The notes: generated by a model from the letters alone, not told the origin. A stretch of DNA of 64,000 bases from Alphaproteobacteria bacterium (GCA_965227515.1 CBDDFZ010000001.1:3584001-3648000), one strand, 5' to 3'. Shown: positions 29,790 through 39,804, counted from the stretch's first letter. Numbers and translations: made by a program.

Positions 29790-31232
29790 ATGGCCGATTC
29801 CAAGCCCGCCGCCCAATCGCCCGATTACGTCGAGCGCTTCGAGGATGCCATCGAGCGCAACCGGCCGCGCATCGCCGACGCCAAGGCGGCGCTGGAGAAG
29901 GCGGGCGTGAAGTACGTGATGGCGTGCTGGATCGACCTGCACGGCCTGCCCAAGACCAAGCCGGTGCCGATGGCGGAGTTCGAGACGGTCTGCCTGGGCA
30001 AGGGGCCGCAGTTCGCCGTTCATTCGGTCTCGTTCGTGCCGGAGCTGTCGCCCGCGGATTCCGACCAGATCGTCGTGCCGGACCTGGACGCGGTCTATGT
30101 CTGCCCGTGGGACACCAGCATGGCGATGGTGTTCTCCGACCTCTACTGGGAGGGCGCGCCCTACAATGTGTGCCCGCGCCAGGCCTTGCGCCGCGCCATG
30201 CGCGATGCCCGTCAGGCCGGGTATGTCGGCTATGCCGGGGTCGAGCCCGAGTTCATCGTGATGCGCCACGACGAGGCCGGCCAGCCGGTGAAGGCGTTCG
30301 ACGACGATCCGCCGGAGGGCGTGCGCCCGCGCCGCCAGGCCTTTGGCTACGACGTGGAATACTCCATCGATTCCATGCCGTTCCTGAAGGACATGATCGA
30401 CATCCTGGGCGGGCTGGGCTGGGACCTGCGCGACGTGGTTGCCGAGGGCGCCTATTCCCAGTTCGAGCTCGATTTCGGTTACACGAACTTGTTGCAGATG
30501 GCCGACCGGCTGGCTTTCCTGCGCATCGTGCTGAAGGAGGTGGCCAAGAAGCACGGCATGTTCGTCACCTTCATGCCGAAGCCGACTACCGGCGACTGGC
30601 GCTCCGGCGCGCACATCAATTTCTCGCTGCGCAGCACCGCCACCCCCGAGGACAATCTGTTCCAGCAGGGCGACGGCTGGTCGCCGCAGGCCGGCCACGC
30701 GGTCGGCGGGTTGATGGCCCATGCCGAGGCGCTGACCGCCATCACCTGCCCGACGGTCAACTCCTATAACGGGCTGGTGCCGCGCGTCGGCGGGTTCGAG
30801 GGCGGCACCGTCACCTGGGCGCCGACCAACATCACCTACGGTCACAATAACCGCTCCGCGCAGTTCCGCCTGCCGCAGAACCGGTTCTGCATCGAGAACC
30901 GGGCGGCGGACATGACCATGAACCCCTACCTGGCCTTCGCCATGACCCTGACATCGGCGATCGAGGGCATCGAGAAGGGCATCGATCCCGGTCCGCCGAC
31001 CGACCGCGACCTCTACGCGATGACACGGGAGGAGTTCGACGAACTCGGTATTCGGCGGCTGCCGCGCAACCTGTTGCAGGCGACGGAGGCACTGGCCACC
31101 GACCCTCTGGCCACGCGGGTGCTGGGGCCGACGATGCTGAAGTCCTACCTCGCCTACAAGAACGACGAGTGGGAGCGTTACCACCAGGCGGTGACCGACT
31201 GGGAGGTGCAGGAGTATCTGAGGCTCTACTGA
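29790..31232 (+). CDS. Glutamine synthetase family protein (gamma-glutamyl-amine ligase; GmaS/GlnT-like)
   Basis: IDLHGLPKTKPVP, GVEPEF, QFELDF, TFMPKP, SGAHINFS, NNRS, IENR, NPYL. Confidence 0.87.
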   Translation: MADSKPAAQSPDYVERFEDAIERNRPRIADAKAALEKAGVKYVMACWIDLHGLPKTKPVPMAEFETVCLGKGPQFAVHSVSFVPELSPADSDQIVVPDLDAVYVCPWDTSMAMVFSDLYWEGAPYNVCPRQALRRAMRDARQAGYVGYAGVEPEFIVMRHDEAGQPVKAFDDDPPEGVRPRRQAFGYDVEYSIDSMPFLKDMIDILGGLGWDLRDVVAEGAYSQFELDFGYTNLLQMADRLAFLRIVLKEVAKKHGMFVTFMPKPTTGDWRSGAHINFSLRSTATPEDNLFQQGDGWSPQAGHAVGGLMAHAEALTAITCPTVNSYNGLVPRVGGFEGGTVTWAPTNITYGHNNRSAQFRLPQNRFCIENRAADMTMNPYLAFAMTLTSAIEGIEKGIDPGPPTDRDLYAMTREEFDELGIRRLPRNLLQATEALATDPLATRVLGPTMLKSYLAYKNDEWERYHQAVTDWEVQEYLRLY

Positions 31233-32251
31233 TGGCCACCGCACCGGACTGCGAGGTCTTCGACCTCGGCGACGTGACGCTGCTGTCGGGCGAGGTGCTG
31301 CGCGGCGCGCGGCTGGCCTACAAGACCTATGGCGCGCTGGCGCCGGACGGCGGCAATGTGGTGGTGCTGCCGACCTTCTACACCGGCAGCCACATGCGCA
31401 ACGAAGGCTTCTTCGGCACCGGGCGCGCCATCGATCCGGCCCGCCACTTCATCGTCTCGATCAATATGTTCGGCAACGGCATCTCGTCGTCGCCGAGCAA
31501 CACGCCGGCCCCGCAGGACAGTCCGCGCTTCCCGCTGGTGACGTTGTGGGACAACATCGCCTGCCAGCACCGGCTGCTGACCGAGCGCCTGGGTGTGGAA
31601 CGCATCGCGCTCGTCGCCGGCTGGTCGATGGCCGGCTGCCAGGCCTATCAGTGGGGCGCGCAATACCCGGATATGGTCGACGCCATCCTGCCGTTCTGCG
31701 CTTCGGCCCGCACCTCGCCGCACAATTGGGTGTTCCTGGAGGGCGTGAAGGCGGCACTGTGCGCGGACCAGGGCTGGAAGGGCGGCGACTACGCTTCGCC
31801 ACCGGTCGCCGGGCTGAAGGCATTCGCGCGCGTCTATGCCGGCTGGGCCTATTCGCAGACCTTCTATCGCGAGGGGCTCTTCCGCCAGCTCGGCTTCGCG
31901 ACGCCGGAAGACCTGCTGGTCGACTGGGAGGACGACCACGCCACGAACTGGGATGCCAACGACCTGCTGGCCAAGCTCGCGACCTGGCAGGCCGGCGATA
32001 TCAGTGCCAATCCGCTTTATGGCGGCGATTTCGAAAAGGCCCTGGGGGCGATCACCGCGCGTGCGATCCTGATGCCGTCGACCACCGACCTCTACTTCCC
32101 GCCTGATGACAATGCCATCGAGGCGCGGCACATGCCCAACGCCGAGTTCCGTCCGTACGCGTCCGACTGGGGCCATTGCGCCGCCAGCCCGGGCAACGAC
32201 CCCGGCTTCACCGCCGCCCTTGAGGCCAATTTGCGCGAGTTGTTGGGATAG
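31232..32251 (+). CDS. MetX-like alpha/beta hydrolase (homoserine O-acetyltransferase family)
   Basis: LAYKTYG, FGNGISSSPSN, GWSMAG nucleophile, DLYFPP, WGH; TGATG coupling to the GS gene. Confidence 0.85.
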   Translation: MATAPDCEVFDLGDVTLLSGEVLRGARLAYKTYGALAPDGGNVVVLPTFYTGSHMRNEGFFGTGRAIDPARHFIVSINMFGNGISSSPSNTPAPQDSPRFPLVTLWDNIACQHRLLTERLGVERIALVAGWSMAGCQAYQWGAQYPDMVDAILPFCASARTSPHNWVFLEGVKAALCADQGWKGGDYASPPVAGLKAFARVYAGWAYSQTFYREGLFRQLGFATPEDLLVDWEDDHATNWDANDLLAKLATWQAGDISANPLYGGDFEKALGAITARAILMPSTTDLYFPPDDNAIEARHMPNAEFRPYASDWGHCAASPGNDPGFTAALEANLRELLG

Positions 32252-32287
32252 GTCCCAAAATCGTCGCCCTCGTCGCCCCACCCCACT

Positions 32288-32443
32288 CGTCGTCCTCGCC
32301 CTTGTGGCGAGGACCCATGGCGGTGCCGGTCCCGATGCGCGAGTTGAAGGTCTCTACCGGCGTTGCCGGACGCGTGCAGCCCTCTGGAACCGATCCCGCA
32401 TGTCGCCCAGGAATGGGTCCTCGCCACAAGGGCGAGGACGACG
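32288..32443. repeat. REP/MITE-like element, copy 2 (perfect 31-bp inverted arms)
   Basis: cgtcgtcctcgcccttgtggcgaggacccat (32288-318) and atgggtcctcgccacaagggcgaggacgacg (32413-43), between convergent genes. Confidence 0.85.
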
Positions 32444-32449
32444 AAGGAG

Positions 32450-32489
32450 TGGATTGCCGCGTCGCGCTAACGCGCTCCTCGCAATGACG
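32450..32489. repeat. Second REP-type half element
   Basis: tggattgccgcgtcgcgctaacgcgctcctcgcaatgacg resembles common alphaproteobacterial intergenic repeats (from recall). Confidence 0.55.
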
Positions 32490-32504
32490 GCGGGAGAGGC
32501 CGCC

Positions 32505-33539
32505 CTACCCCGCGGGGCGCTTGATCGACTGGTCCACCAAGTCGCCGCGATGCTGCGCGATGGCCGCCATCAGCCGCAGCACCACGCACACCGCCAGCCG
32601 GCTGGTAACACCGCTGACATCGAATATCGGCGCCAGTTCCGACACCTCGATCACGCTCGGCCGGCCCCGCTTTCCGAGTGCTGAGGCGATGCGCATCATC
32701 TCGCGCGATTCCAGCCCGCCCGGCTCGGCCGACGTCACCCCCGGCGCCATTGACGCGTCCATGACGTTGAAGTTGAAACTGAGGTACTGCGCGTCCGTGC
32801 CATTCCAGGCCCGGTCCGCCGCCTCCGCCGCGCCGGCGTCGATGCCGTTGTCGATCAGCTCGAACATCGGATGGAAGCGGATGCCGCGCGCCTTGGCCAG
32901 GTCGACCCAGTCCTTCGGGTTCATCGAGTTGCGCGCGCCGATATGGCCGATATTCGCCGCCGCCAGGTTCGGCAGCTCGGAGATGCGGGCGAGCGCGCAT
33001 GTGCTGACGTCGGCCTGACCGGCCCAGTTGTCGGCCAGGTCCAGATTGGCGCCGAAATGGAGGTAGCCCATTTTCTTGTCGGCACCCAGATGATCCGACA
33101 GCGCCTTGGTCGCCGGGATCGAGATCGAGCGGTCGCCGCCGCAAACGATGGGCGTGATGCCGGCTTCCAGCACCTTCCGGACCGCGTCGTAAATGCGCTG
33201 CCGCGACAGGGTCGGGTTCACCTTCGGCATCGACACGTCGCCGCAGTCGACCGCCGCACCCTGCAGGTCGACCTGATATTCGAACCAGTAGGGGAAGTAT
33301 TCCTGGGAGGCGATGCGGAACTCTCGCGGCCCCTCCTCCGAGCCCGGCTTGCCGACATTGCCCTCGTCGAACGGCACGCCGACGAACGCGTACTCGACGC
33401 CGGCCTCCTTCAGCTTCTCGGTGTCCAGCGGCACGTGGTCGGCGCGCAGGAAGGTGAGTTGCGTCGGCGAGCGGTAGTTTTCGGCATCGTCGCCACCCAG
33501 CGGCGAGAAGATGTGGGCATAGGCCTTGGCGGGGTTCAT
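32505..33539 (-). CDS. Ureohydrolase-family non-catalytic subunit (MfmB/DmgB-like)
   Basis: Arginase fold (GVPFD, VDCGD, PGG..SRE) with degenerate metal ligands GGDRS, HFGANLD, SFNFNVMD; N-terminus MNPAKAYAHIFSPLGGD recalls MfmB. Confidence 0.85.
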   Translation of the reverse strand: MNPAKAYAHIFSPLGGDDAENYRSPTQLTFLRADHVPLDTEKLKEAGVEYAFVGVPFDEGNVGKPGSEEGPREFRIASQEYFPYWFEYQVDLQGAAVDCGDVSMPKVNPTLSRQRIYDAVRKVLEAGITPIVCGGDRSISIPATKALSDHLGADKKMGYLHFGANLDLADNWAGQADVSTCALARISELPNLAAANIGHIGARNSMNPKDWVDLAKARGIRFHPMFELIDNGIDAGAAEAADRAWNGTDAQYLSFNFNVMDASMAPGVTSAEPGGLESREMMRIASALGKRGRPSVIEVSELAPIFDVSGVTSRLAVCVVLRLMAAIAQHRGDLVDQSIKRPAG

Positions 33540-33556
33540 GACGTTTCCTTAGATAT

Positions 33557-34615
33557 TCAGGCCGTCTGGCCGGCGGCGCGCAGGGTGGCGGCCCGGCTGC
33601 CGAGATAGTGGTAGACCATGCAGGCGACGAGCTTGATGCTCATCTGGCTGACGTCGAACATCGGGCACAGCTCGGAGATTTCGAGCACATCGGCGCCATA
33701 GGTGCCGGCGATGCGGGCAAGCTGGATCGCCTCGCGCGGCTTGATGCCGAAGCACTCCGGCGCCGTCGTGCCGGGCATGCAGCTCGCGTCCAGAGAATCC
33801 GTGTCCCACGAGCAATAGACCGCGTCGGTACCGTTCCAGGCGATGTCGAAGATCTCGCGGGTGCAGACGTCGACCCCGCGCTCCGCCGCCTCCATCATCG
33901 GGATGATGCGGACCTGATTGTCGACGAAGAAGTCGTGCCAGTCCTTCGGGTTCAGCCCGTTGCGCGAGCCCATGTGGGCCATGTTGGCGCCGTCGCAGTT
34001 CGGCAGGTCGAACGCGCGCGCCGGGCCGGAGCAGTTGGTGTTGCGGATGCCGCCCCAGTCGGGCGCGGAGTCCAGGTGGCAGTCGATGTGCAGGTAGCCG
34101 ATCTTGCCGTCGCGGTGGAAATCGGACAGCGCGTGGGCGGCTGGGATCGGCGCCGAGTGGTCGCCACCGCAGAATATCACCTTGGCACCGCCCTCCAGGC
34201 ACTCGGTGATGTACTGGTGAATGTACTCGTGGCTGCGGTCGTTGTTGCCGGGCACGATCGGCACGTCGCCGCAGTCGACCGGCCGGAAGAACGAGACCAG
34301 GTCGACATCGTACTCGAACATATAGGGGAAGTACTGGGTGGTCGCCTCACGCAGGCCGGCCGGCCCCTGCGAGGTGCCTGCGCGCACCATCTGGCCCTGA
34401 TCCCACGGCACGCCCAGGAAGCAGATCTTCGCCCCCATCTCGCGGATCGCATGGCGGTCGGGCGGGCAATAGGGCGCGTTCATGAAGGTGGCGATGCCGG
34501 CCGACTTGAAGGTGCCGTTGTGCAGCTTGGGCGAGTTGATGTGATCGTCGGCGCCGCGCTGCTGCTGCGGCCCCTGGTGCTGGTGCGGCACGAACTCCCA
34601 GGTGCCAGTGCTCAT
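33557..34615 (-). CDS. Ni-dependent ureohydrolase catalytic subunit (metformin/dimethylguanidine hydrolase MfmA/DmgA-like)
   Basis: Intact ligands GGDHS, DCHLD, WDTDSLD; SPKLHNG..K..GIATFM.APYCPPDRH recalls MfmA; adjacent hypAB. Confidence 0.88.
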   Translation of the reverse strand: MSTGTWEFVPHQHQGPQQQRGADDHINSPKLHNGTFKSAGIATFMNAPYCPPDRHAIREMGAKICFLGVPWDQGQMVRAGTSQGPAGLREATTQYFPYMFEYDVDLVSFFRPVDCGDVPIVPGNNDRSHEYIHQYITECLEGGAKVIFCGGDHSAPIPAAHALSDFHRDGKIGYLHIDCHLDSAPDWGGIRNTNCSGPARAFDLPNCDGANMAHMGSRNGLNPKDWHDFFVDNQVRIIPMMEAAERGVDVCTREIFDIAWNGTDAVYCSWDTDSLDASCMPGTTAPECFGIKPREAIQLARIAGTYGADVLEISELCPMFDVSQMSIKLVACMVYHYLGSRAATLRAAGQTA

Positions 34616-34622
34616 GACGTGC

Positions 34623-35018
34623 TCATGGGCGGTGTTCCTCGAACGCGGGTTGGATGGGTCGGGCCGGCGATGCCGGCGCGCCGAACTCGATGCCGGTGAC
34701 CTGCATCTCGCGGCCGGTCACCACCTCGTTCGCCGGCATGCCGCAGGTGCCGCAGCGGAAGGTGTAGCGCGCGGTCGGCCGGCGGGCGGCGTTGCATGTG
34801 CGGCACTGCACGGTCAGTGGCACTTCCTCGATCTCCAGGGCGGCGCCGTCGCACACCGTGCCGCGTGCCGCACGATCGAAGCAGAACAGGAGCGCGCGCC
34901 GGAAGCCCGACAGCTCGCCGAGCCGGATACGGATGGCGGCGACGTGCGTCTCGCCCTGGCTGGCGGCGTGTGCGGCCACCATCTCGATCAAATTGCGGGC
35001 AATGGTCAGCTCATGCAT
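34623..35018 (-). CDS. hypA: Nickel metallochaperone HypA
   Basis: N-terminal MHE, GELSG, CRTC and CGTC, GREM. Confidence 0.93.
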   Translation of the reverse strand: MHELTIARNLIEMVAAHAASQGETHVAAIRIRLGELSGFRRALLFCFDRAARGTVCDGAALEIEEVPLTVQCRTCNAARRPTARYTFRCGTCGMPANEVVTGREMQVTGIEFGAPASPARPIQPAFEEHRP

Positions 35019-35826
35019 GGGCGTGATGCGGTGTTGGCGACGCTTGGACCGCATCGCGGGTGCGGGCGAGCCAGTCGACCCAGCCCGCCATGCCCTCGCC
35101 GGTCCGCGCCGAGAGCTCAAGCACCTCGATGTCGGGGTTCAATGCGCGGGCATGCGCGATGCAGCGCGCCACATCGAAATCGACATGGGGCAGCAGGTCG
35201 ATCTTGTTCAGCACCATCAGGTCGGCGGCCATGAACATATCGGGGTACTTGGCCGGCTTGTCGTCGCCCTCGGTCACCGACAGCACGGCGACCTTGGCGT
35301 GCTCGCCGAGGTCGAAGGTGGCGGGGCAGACCAGGTTGCCGACATTCTCGATGAACAGCACGTCGCCGGCGCCCAAGGTCAGCCCGTCCATGGCATGGCC
35401 GATCATGTGCGCGTCCAGATGGCAGACCCGGCCAGTGTTGATCTGCACCGCCGGCACGCCGGCCGCCCGGATGCGTGCGGCGTCGTTCTCGGTCGCCTGG
35501 TCGCCCTCGATGACGGCCATCGACATGCGCCCGTCAAGCGCCGCGGCCGTGGCGGTGAGCAGGCTGGTCTTGCCGGCGCCGGGCGACGACACGAGGTTGA
35601 GGGCGAGCACGCCCAACCCGGCAAACCGTACGCGGTTGGCTTCGGCGTAACCGTCGTTCTTGGCCAGGATGTCGAGCTCGACCGCATGCCAGTCGCGCTG
35701 GCCGTGATTGTGCTGGTGGCCGTGCGCGTGGTCGTGGTCTTGCGCGTGGCTGTGATGATGGTGGCGATGGCCATCCTTGCCACCGATGGTGACCTCGCCC
35801 TCGCCGCAACCGCATACGCCACACAT
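35011..35826 (-). CDS. hypB: Nickel-incorporation GTPase HypB
   Basis: MCGVCGC, His-rich stretch, [25 protein letters not shown]. Confidence 0.95.
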   Translation of the reverse strand: MCGVCGCGEGEVTIGGKDGHRHHHHSHAQDHDHAHGHQHNHGQRDWHAVELDILAKNDGYAEANRVRFAGLGVLALNLVSSPGAGKTSLLTATAAALDGRMSMAVIEGDQATENDAARIRAAGVPAVQINTGRVCHLDAHMIGHAMDGLTLGAGDVLFIENVGNLVCPATFDLGEHAKVAVLSVTEGDDKPAKYPDMFMAADLMVLNKIDLLPHVDFDVARCIAHARALNPDIEVLELSARTGEGMAGWVDWLARTRDAVQASPTPHHAHA

Positions 35827-35837
35827 GATCGGGAATC

Positions 35838-36752
35838 CTATTCGGCCGCCTTCGCCTGCCACGACGACAGTTCCGGGATCGTGCCCTCGTAGTATGGCAG
35901 TTCGTCCACCCGCGGCGTCCACGATCCGTCGTCGATGCAGGCCTGCACGTGGGTCGCGATCTCTTCCATGGTCGCGAACCACACGCCGCCCTTGTTCTGC
36001 ATCTCCTCGATCATCTTGGCGACCCGCTCGCAGCGCGCCAGCCGGCCGGAGACGAACGGATGCCACACCGTGACCCACAGGCCGTTGTGGCGGTACATCG
36101 CGTCGAACTCGGACATGAAGACGTTCATCGCCTCGTCGGGCGACTTGATCGGCATCATGTAGTGCATGTCGGGCGCGTGGGTGTAGTGCGGCCAGTCGTC
36201 CATCGCCCACTGGCTGGGCAGCTCGATCACCTGGCCCTTCTTGGTCTTCAGGATGTAAGGCACGTCGTCGCCCATCAGGCTGGCGTCATAGATCATGCCC
36301 TGGTCGATCATGTAGTCGAGCGAGTATTTGGAGAAGTTGTAGAGCGGCGCGCGCCAGCCGCGCGGCTTCTTGCCGGTCATCTTGCGGATCGTTTCGATCT
36401 GGCGCTCGAACCAGTAGAGCTCCTCCTCGGCGCTGAGCTGGTTCGGGTTCTCGTGCAGATAGCCGTGGGCGGCGATCTCGTGCCCGCCCTCCAGGATGAT
36501 GTCGACCAGGTGCGGATAGCGCTCCATGCACCACGCCGGATAGAAGAACGTCTGCTTGATGTCGTAGCGCTTGTACATCTCCACGATGCGCGGGATCGCG
36601 ACCTCGTCGTACTTCAGCCACGACATGGTCGACAGCATGGTCGGCGCGCGGTCGCCGTGCTCCAGGTGCAGGATGCTGTCGGTGTCGATGTCGAAGGTGA
36701 TGGCGCAGGCCACGCGGGCGCCGTTCGGCCAGGGCACGGGATTGCTGATCAT
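35838..36752 (-). CDS. Polysaccharide deacetylase (CE4; PuuE/HpPgdA-like) hydrolase
   Basis: [54 protein letters not shown]. Confidence 0.88.
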   Translation of the reverse strand: MISNPVPWPNGARVACAITFDIDTDSILHLEHGDRAPTMLSTMSWLKYDEVAIPRIVEMYKRYDIKQTFFYPAWCMERYPHLVDIILEGGHEIAAHGYLHENPNQLSAEEELYWFERQIETIRKMTGKKPRGWRAPLYNFSKYSLDYMIDQGMIYDASLMGDDVPYILKTKKGQVIELPSQWAMDDWPHYTHAPDMHYMMPIKSPDEAMNVFMSEFDAMYRHNGLWVTVWHPFVSGRLARCERVAKMIEEMQNKGGVWFATMEEIATHVQACIDDGSWTPRVDELPYYEGTIPELSSWQAKAAE

Positions 36753-36785
36753 GGTCGTGGTCCCCTCATCCGCTATGAGAACGGT

Positions 36786-38060
36786 TCACTTTATGGCAAT
36801 GCCGTCGGCCTGCACCAGCAGGCCTTCGCGCGGCAGGCCGTAGACACGCACCGGCGTCATCGCCGGCCGGGCATTCGGCGCCACCTGGCGCCACACATCG
36901 CACACGGCGTAGAAGGCGTCGGCCACGTCGGGCGCGCCCTCCTCACCGACCAGGAACAGGTTGAGCTTGACCAGGTCGTCCAGCGACGCGCCGCCCTCGG
37001 CCAGCACCCGCGCCACCCGGTCGAACACGATGCGCGCCTGTCCGGCAACGTCGCCCGGCGCCAGCACATCGCCGCCGCCGCTGAGCGCAACCTGCCCGCC
37101 GACATAGATCTCCTCGCCCGCCGCAAGCCCGTCCGACGCGAAGGCCGGCTGGTAGCGCCCGCCCAGGTCCGCGGCGGACAGCACGTGGCGCGCCGGGTCG
37201 ATCACCGCCATGGCGTCGATCTCCAGCACCAGGCCGGGATAGAGCAGGTCGACCCCGAAGGCGGAGAACACCGGCCCCGGTGCTTTGAAAACCTCGCCCG
37301 ACACGTCCAGGATCGATGGCAGATAGCCGGTCGCCGGATCGCCGCCCTGCGATTGCTTGAAGCAGATCTTCACCCGCACGACGTCGTCCAGCGTGCCGCC
37401 GGCATCGACGACCACCTGCTCGATGAAGCGATAGATATTGCGGGTCTGGGTCACCACGTCGTCGACCGCCACCGACCGGCCCTTCTCGTCGGCCGAGATC
37501 TGGCCGCCGACGAAGATCTGGTTGCCGGTGCGCCACCCCTGGGAAAGCGGCACCGCGATGCTCCAGTCCCAGCTTCCGTCGGGCATGATGCGCTGGCGGG
37601 TGCGCCGTGCCCCGCCGCGCAGCGCTACCCCTTCGATCTGGATCAACTGGCCGGCATAGGGCATGCCCTTGATCCGCACCGCGGTCGCCGCCGGGCCGGG
37701 ATCGGGGAAGTACTCCAGACGGACGGCGGTCATGTCCTCCCAGTACTTGGTGGCGTCGGCATCGTCGCCCTCGAAGACGTAGTAGGTGTTCAGGCGCGCC
37801 AGATCGGCCATCTCCAGGCCCGACTGCGCCAGGGTCGCCTTCATGTTCTCGAACACATTGCGGGTCTGGGCGGCGATGTCGCCGGCATCTTTCACCGAAC
37901 CGTCGGCATTCAGGGTCTGCTGCCCGCTGACGAAGACCTGGTCGCCGATCTCCACCGACTGCGCGAACGGCACGGGCCGCGCCCAAGCCCAAACGCCGCC
38001 ATTGTCGGCGTTGGCGGTTCGCGGCGTCGCATCGCCGGGGTGCGGGACAGGCTGGCTCAT
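36786..38060 (-). CDS. Triple-domain Rid (YjgF/YER057c/UK114) family protein
   Basis: Three repeats: VFVSGQ/IFVGGQ/IYVGGQ ... IQIEGVA/LEIDAMA/VQADGIA. Confidence 0.85.
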   Translation of the reverse strand: MSQPVPHPGDATPRTANADNGGVWAWARPVPFAQSVEIGDQVFVSGQQTLNADGSVKDAGDIAAQTRNVFENMKATLAQSGLEMADLARLNTYYVFEGDDADATKYWEDMTAVRLEYFPDPGPAATAVRIKGMPYAGQLIQIEGVALRGGARRTRQRIMPDGSWDWSIAVPLSQGWRTGNQIFVGGQISADEKGRSVAVDDVVTQTRNIYRFIEQVVVDAGGTLDDVVRVKICFKQSQGGDPATGYLPSILDVSGEVFKAPGPVFSAFGVDLLYPGLVLEIDAMAVIDPARHVLSAADLGGRYQPAFASDGLAAGEEIYVGGQVALSGGGDVLAPGDVAGQARIVFDRVARVLAEGGASLDDLVKLNLFLVGEEGAPDVADAFYAVCDVWRQVAPNARPAMTPVRVYGLPREGLLVQADGIAIK

Positions 38061-38109
38061 TGTGTCGGGTCCGATTCAGGCACGTCAGATCAAGCGGATA
38101 TGGGCAGGG

Positions 38110-39096
38110 TCAGCCGGCAACGGCCAGGCCGCGGTGATACTGCTCCAGGGCAGCGATCGCCTCCTCGGCCGCGCCGTCGCTTTCCGGCAGAGCACCGCAG
38201 TAGGTCTGGATGGCCTTCGCGGCCAGCGGCTTCCATTTCTCGATCCAGTCGCGCATCGCGGCACGGCTCGCCTCGTTGCCGGCGGCGAACTCCACCAGTG
38301 CCGCGCTCCACCGGCGCGACCGCTCGGCATCGCGCAACTGGTTGTCGGCCAGCATCGCCAGCAGCGGGTCGCGGAAGCGCCGCGCCGTCTTGCCGAGCTG
38401 GCGCAGGCATTCGTCGGCGGCCGGCTTGGCGACCACGTTCAGCGCAATGAAGTTTTCGCCCCAGTCGTAGGTGGCCAGCGTGCGCTCGATCAGTTCGCGC
38501 AGGCCCTGCCACGCCGGGTGCTCTTCCCAGTGCCGGCGCTCGTCCTTGCCGAAGCCGCGGTCGGGATGCGCGATCCGAAGCTCGCGGGTGCGATAGGCCA
38601 TGCGCGACAGCCAGCGGAACTCGTCGCCCTCCTGGAACCCGGCGGCCGCCGTGATGGTGCTGGCGGGCGCAATCTGCAGGATGTAGGCGGCGCCCATCTG
38701 CAACGCCATCTGCAGGTAGCGGCGCGGCGTGTAGAGGGATTCCAGCACGCCCAGCCAGTCGTCGGCCAACTCGCTGTCGTAGCCCTGCTCGTTGTGCTCG
38801 TCGAGCAGGCCGTCGATGTATTCCTCCTGGCCGTCCTGGGTGCGGGTATAGACACGGTAGACTAGCTCGTCCGGGTCGCGGAACCCCTCCCAGTCGTCAT
38901 GCTGCAGCGGGCTCTCGGCGACGTTCTTCTGGTACCAGGTATTCATATCCAGCAACGGCGCCGGCGACAGCTCATAGGCCTGGTCGGGGTAGCGGTTGCG
39001 GGTCTGCAGGTTGGTGGTGACGATCTCGTACTCGCTGGGACGGCGGCGGTTCTTCGCCAGCCCGCTCCAGGTCTTCATGCCGGTCAGTTCAACCAT
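38110..39096 (-). CDS. Soluble di-iron monooxygenase hydroxylase beta subunit (TmoE/IsoE-like)
   Basis: KTWS.LA..RRRPSEYEIVT, WEGFRDPDELVYR.Y...QDGQE, YDWGE.F..LN. Confidence 0.92.
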   Translation of the reverse strand: MVELTGMKTWSGLAKNRRRPSEYEIVTTNLQTRNRYPDQAYELSPAPLLDMNTWYQKNVAESPLQHDDWEGFRDPDELVYRVYTRTQDGQEEYIDGLLDEHNEQGYDSELADDWLGVLESLYTPRRYLQMALQMGAAYILQIAPASTITAAAGFQEGDEFRWLSRMAYRTRELRIAHPDRGFGKDERRHWEEHPAWQGLRELIERTLATYDWGENFIALNVVAKPAADECLRQLGKTARRFRDPLLAMLADNQLRDAERSRRWSAALVEFAAGNEASRAAMRDWIEKWKPLAAKAIQTYCGALPESDGAAEEAIAALEQYHRGLAVAG

Positions 39097-39126
39097 TTCC
39101 CCACCCTTCCCGCTTGCGTCCGAAAC

Positions 39127-39426
39127 CTACTTCGCCAAGAAGCGCATCGCTTCGTTGTCGACGCGGATGAACCCCTCGAACGAGGGCATGAACACTTCGA
39201 TGTCGCCACGCGTCACCGCACGGCCCAGCATGTCGCCGACCGTGTCGAAGCGCACCACGCACTCGCCGCGCACCTTGATACGCAGGTAGGAGGCGTGCTC
39301 CTCCACCTGGATCTCGCGGCCCTGGTTGTCTTCCTCGATCGCCTCGACCACGGCGTCGGCCATGTCGCCGGTGCGCATCACCGGGCCGACGAAGCGGTCC
39401 TCCTCAGCTCCAGTTCCGTCTGGCAT
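39127..39426 (-). CDS. Monooxygenase effector/coupling protein (MmoB/DmpM/TmoD family)
   Basis: VGPVMR.GD.ADAVVEAIEEDN, YLRI, MPSFEGFI. Confidence 0.9.
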   Translation of the reverse strand: MPDGTGAEEDRFVGPVMRTGDMADAVVEAIEEDNQGREIQVEEHASYLRIKVRGECVVRFDTVGDMLGRAVTRGDIEVFMPSFEGFIRVDNEAMRFLAK

Positions 39427-39465
39427 CGCCCCCTCCTCTCGCGGCCCGGCCGCCAACCGCCGCGT

Positions 39466-39804
39466 TCAGCCCACGCCGGCCGGTGTCAGCACCACCTTGA
39501 CCTCGCCGTCCTCGACCTTGACCGGATAGCTGGTCAGCGCCACGCCGGTCGGGTTCACGCCCTTGCCGGTCAGCACGTCGAACTCCCACATATGCGCCAG
39601 GCACGTCAGCACGCAGCCGTCCAAATCGCCCTCGGCCAGCGACTGGTCCTGGTGCGGGCAGCGCGGATGGAACGCGCGCACCTCACCGCCCGGCGCGTGC
39701 ACGATCAGCACGTCGGTGCCGGCGACCGTGAACAGCTCCATCTCGCCTTCCCAGATATCGTCCAGGCTGCAAACGGTCTGGTATTCCATGCCGGTCCCGC
39801 TCAA
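39466..39804 (-). CDS. Rieske [2Fe-2S] ferredoxin (TmoC-like)
   Basis: VCSLDDIWEGEM, CPHQ...CLAHMWEFD, GVNP. Confidence 0.92.
   Translation of the reverse strand: MSGTGMEYQTVCSLDDIWEGEMELFTVAGTDVLIVHAPGGEVRAFHPRCPHQDQSLAEGDLDGCVLTCLAHMWEFDVLTGKGVNPTGVALTSYPVKVEDGEVKVVLTPAGVG

Noticed and set aside
17500-32443. Repeats as a CRISPR array or as ends of a composite transposon
   Set aside because: The arms are inverted pairs rather than direct repeats with regular spacers; there is no cas gene, transposase or target-site duplication
34623-35826. hypAB as evidence for a hydrogenase
   Set aside because: No hydrogenase subunits or hypCDEF are present; adjacency to the ureohydrolase pair explains them
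35949-38450. Long antisense ORFs (also 20196-22223, 21995-24046, 26393-28498, 54129-56192)
   Set aside because: Typical stop-poor shadow frames opposite real genes in high-GC DNA; no recognisable motifs
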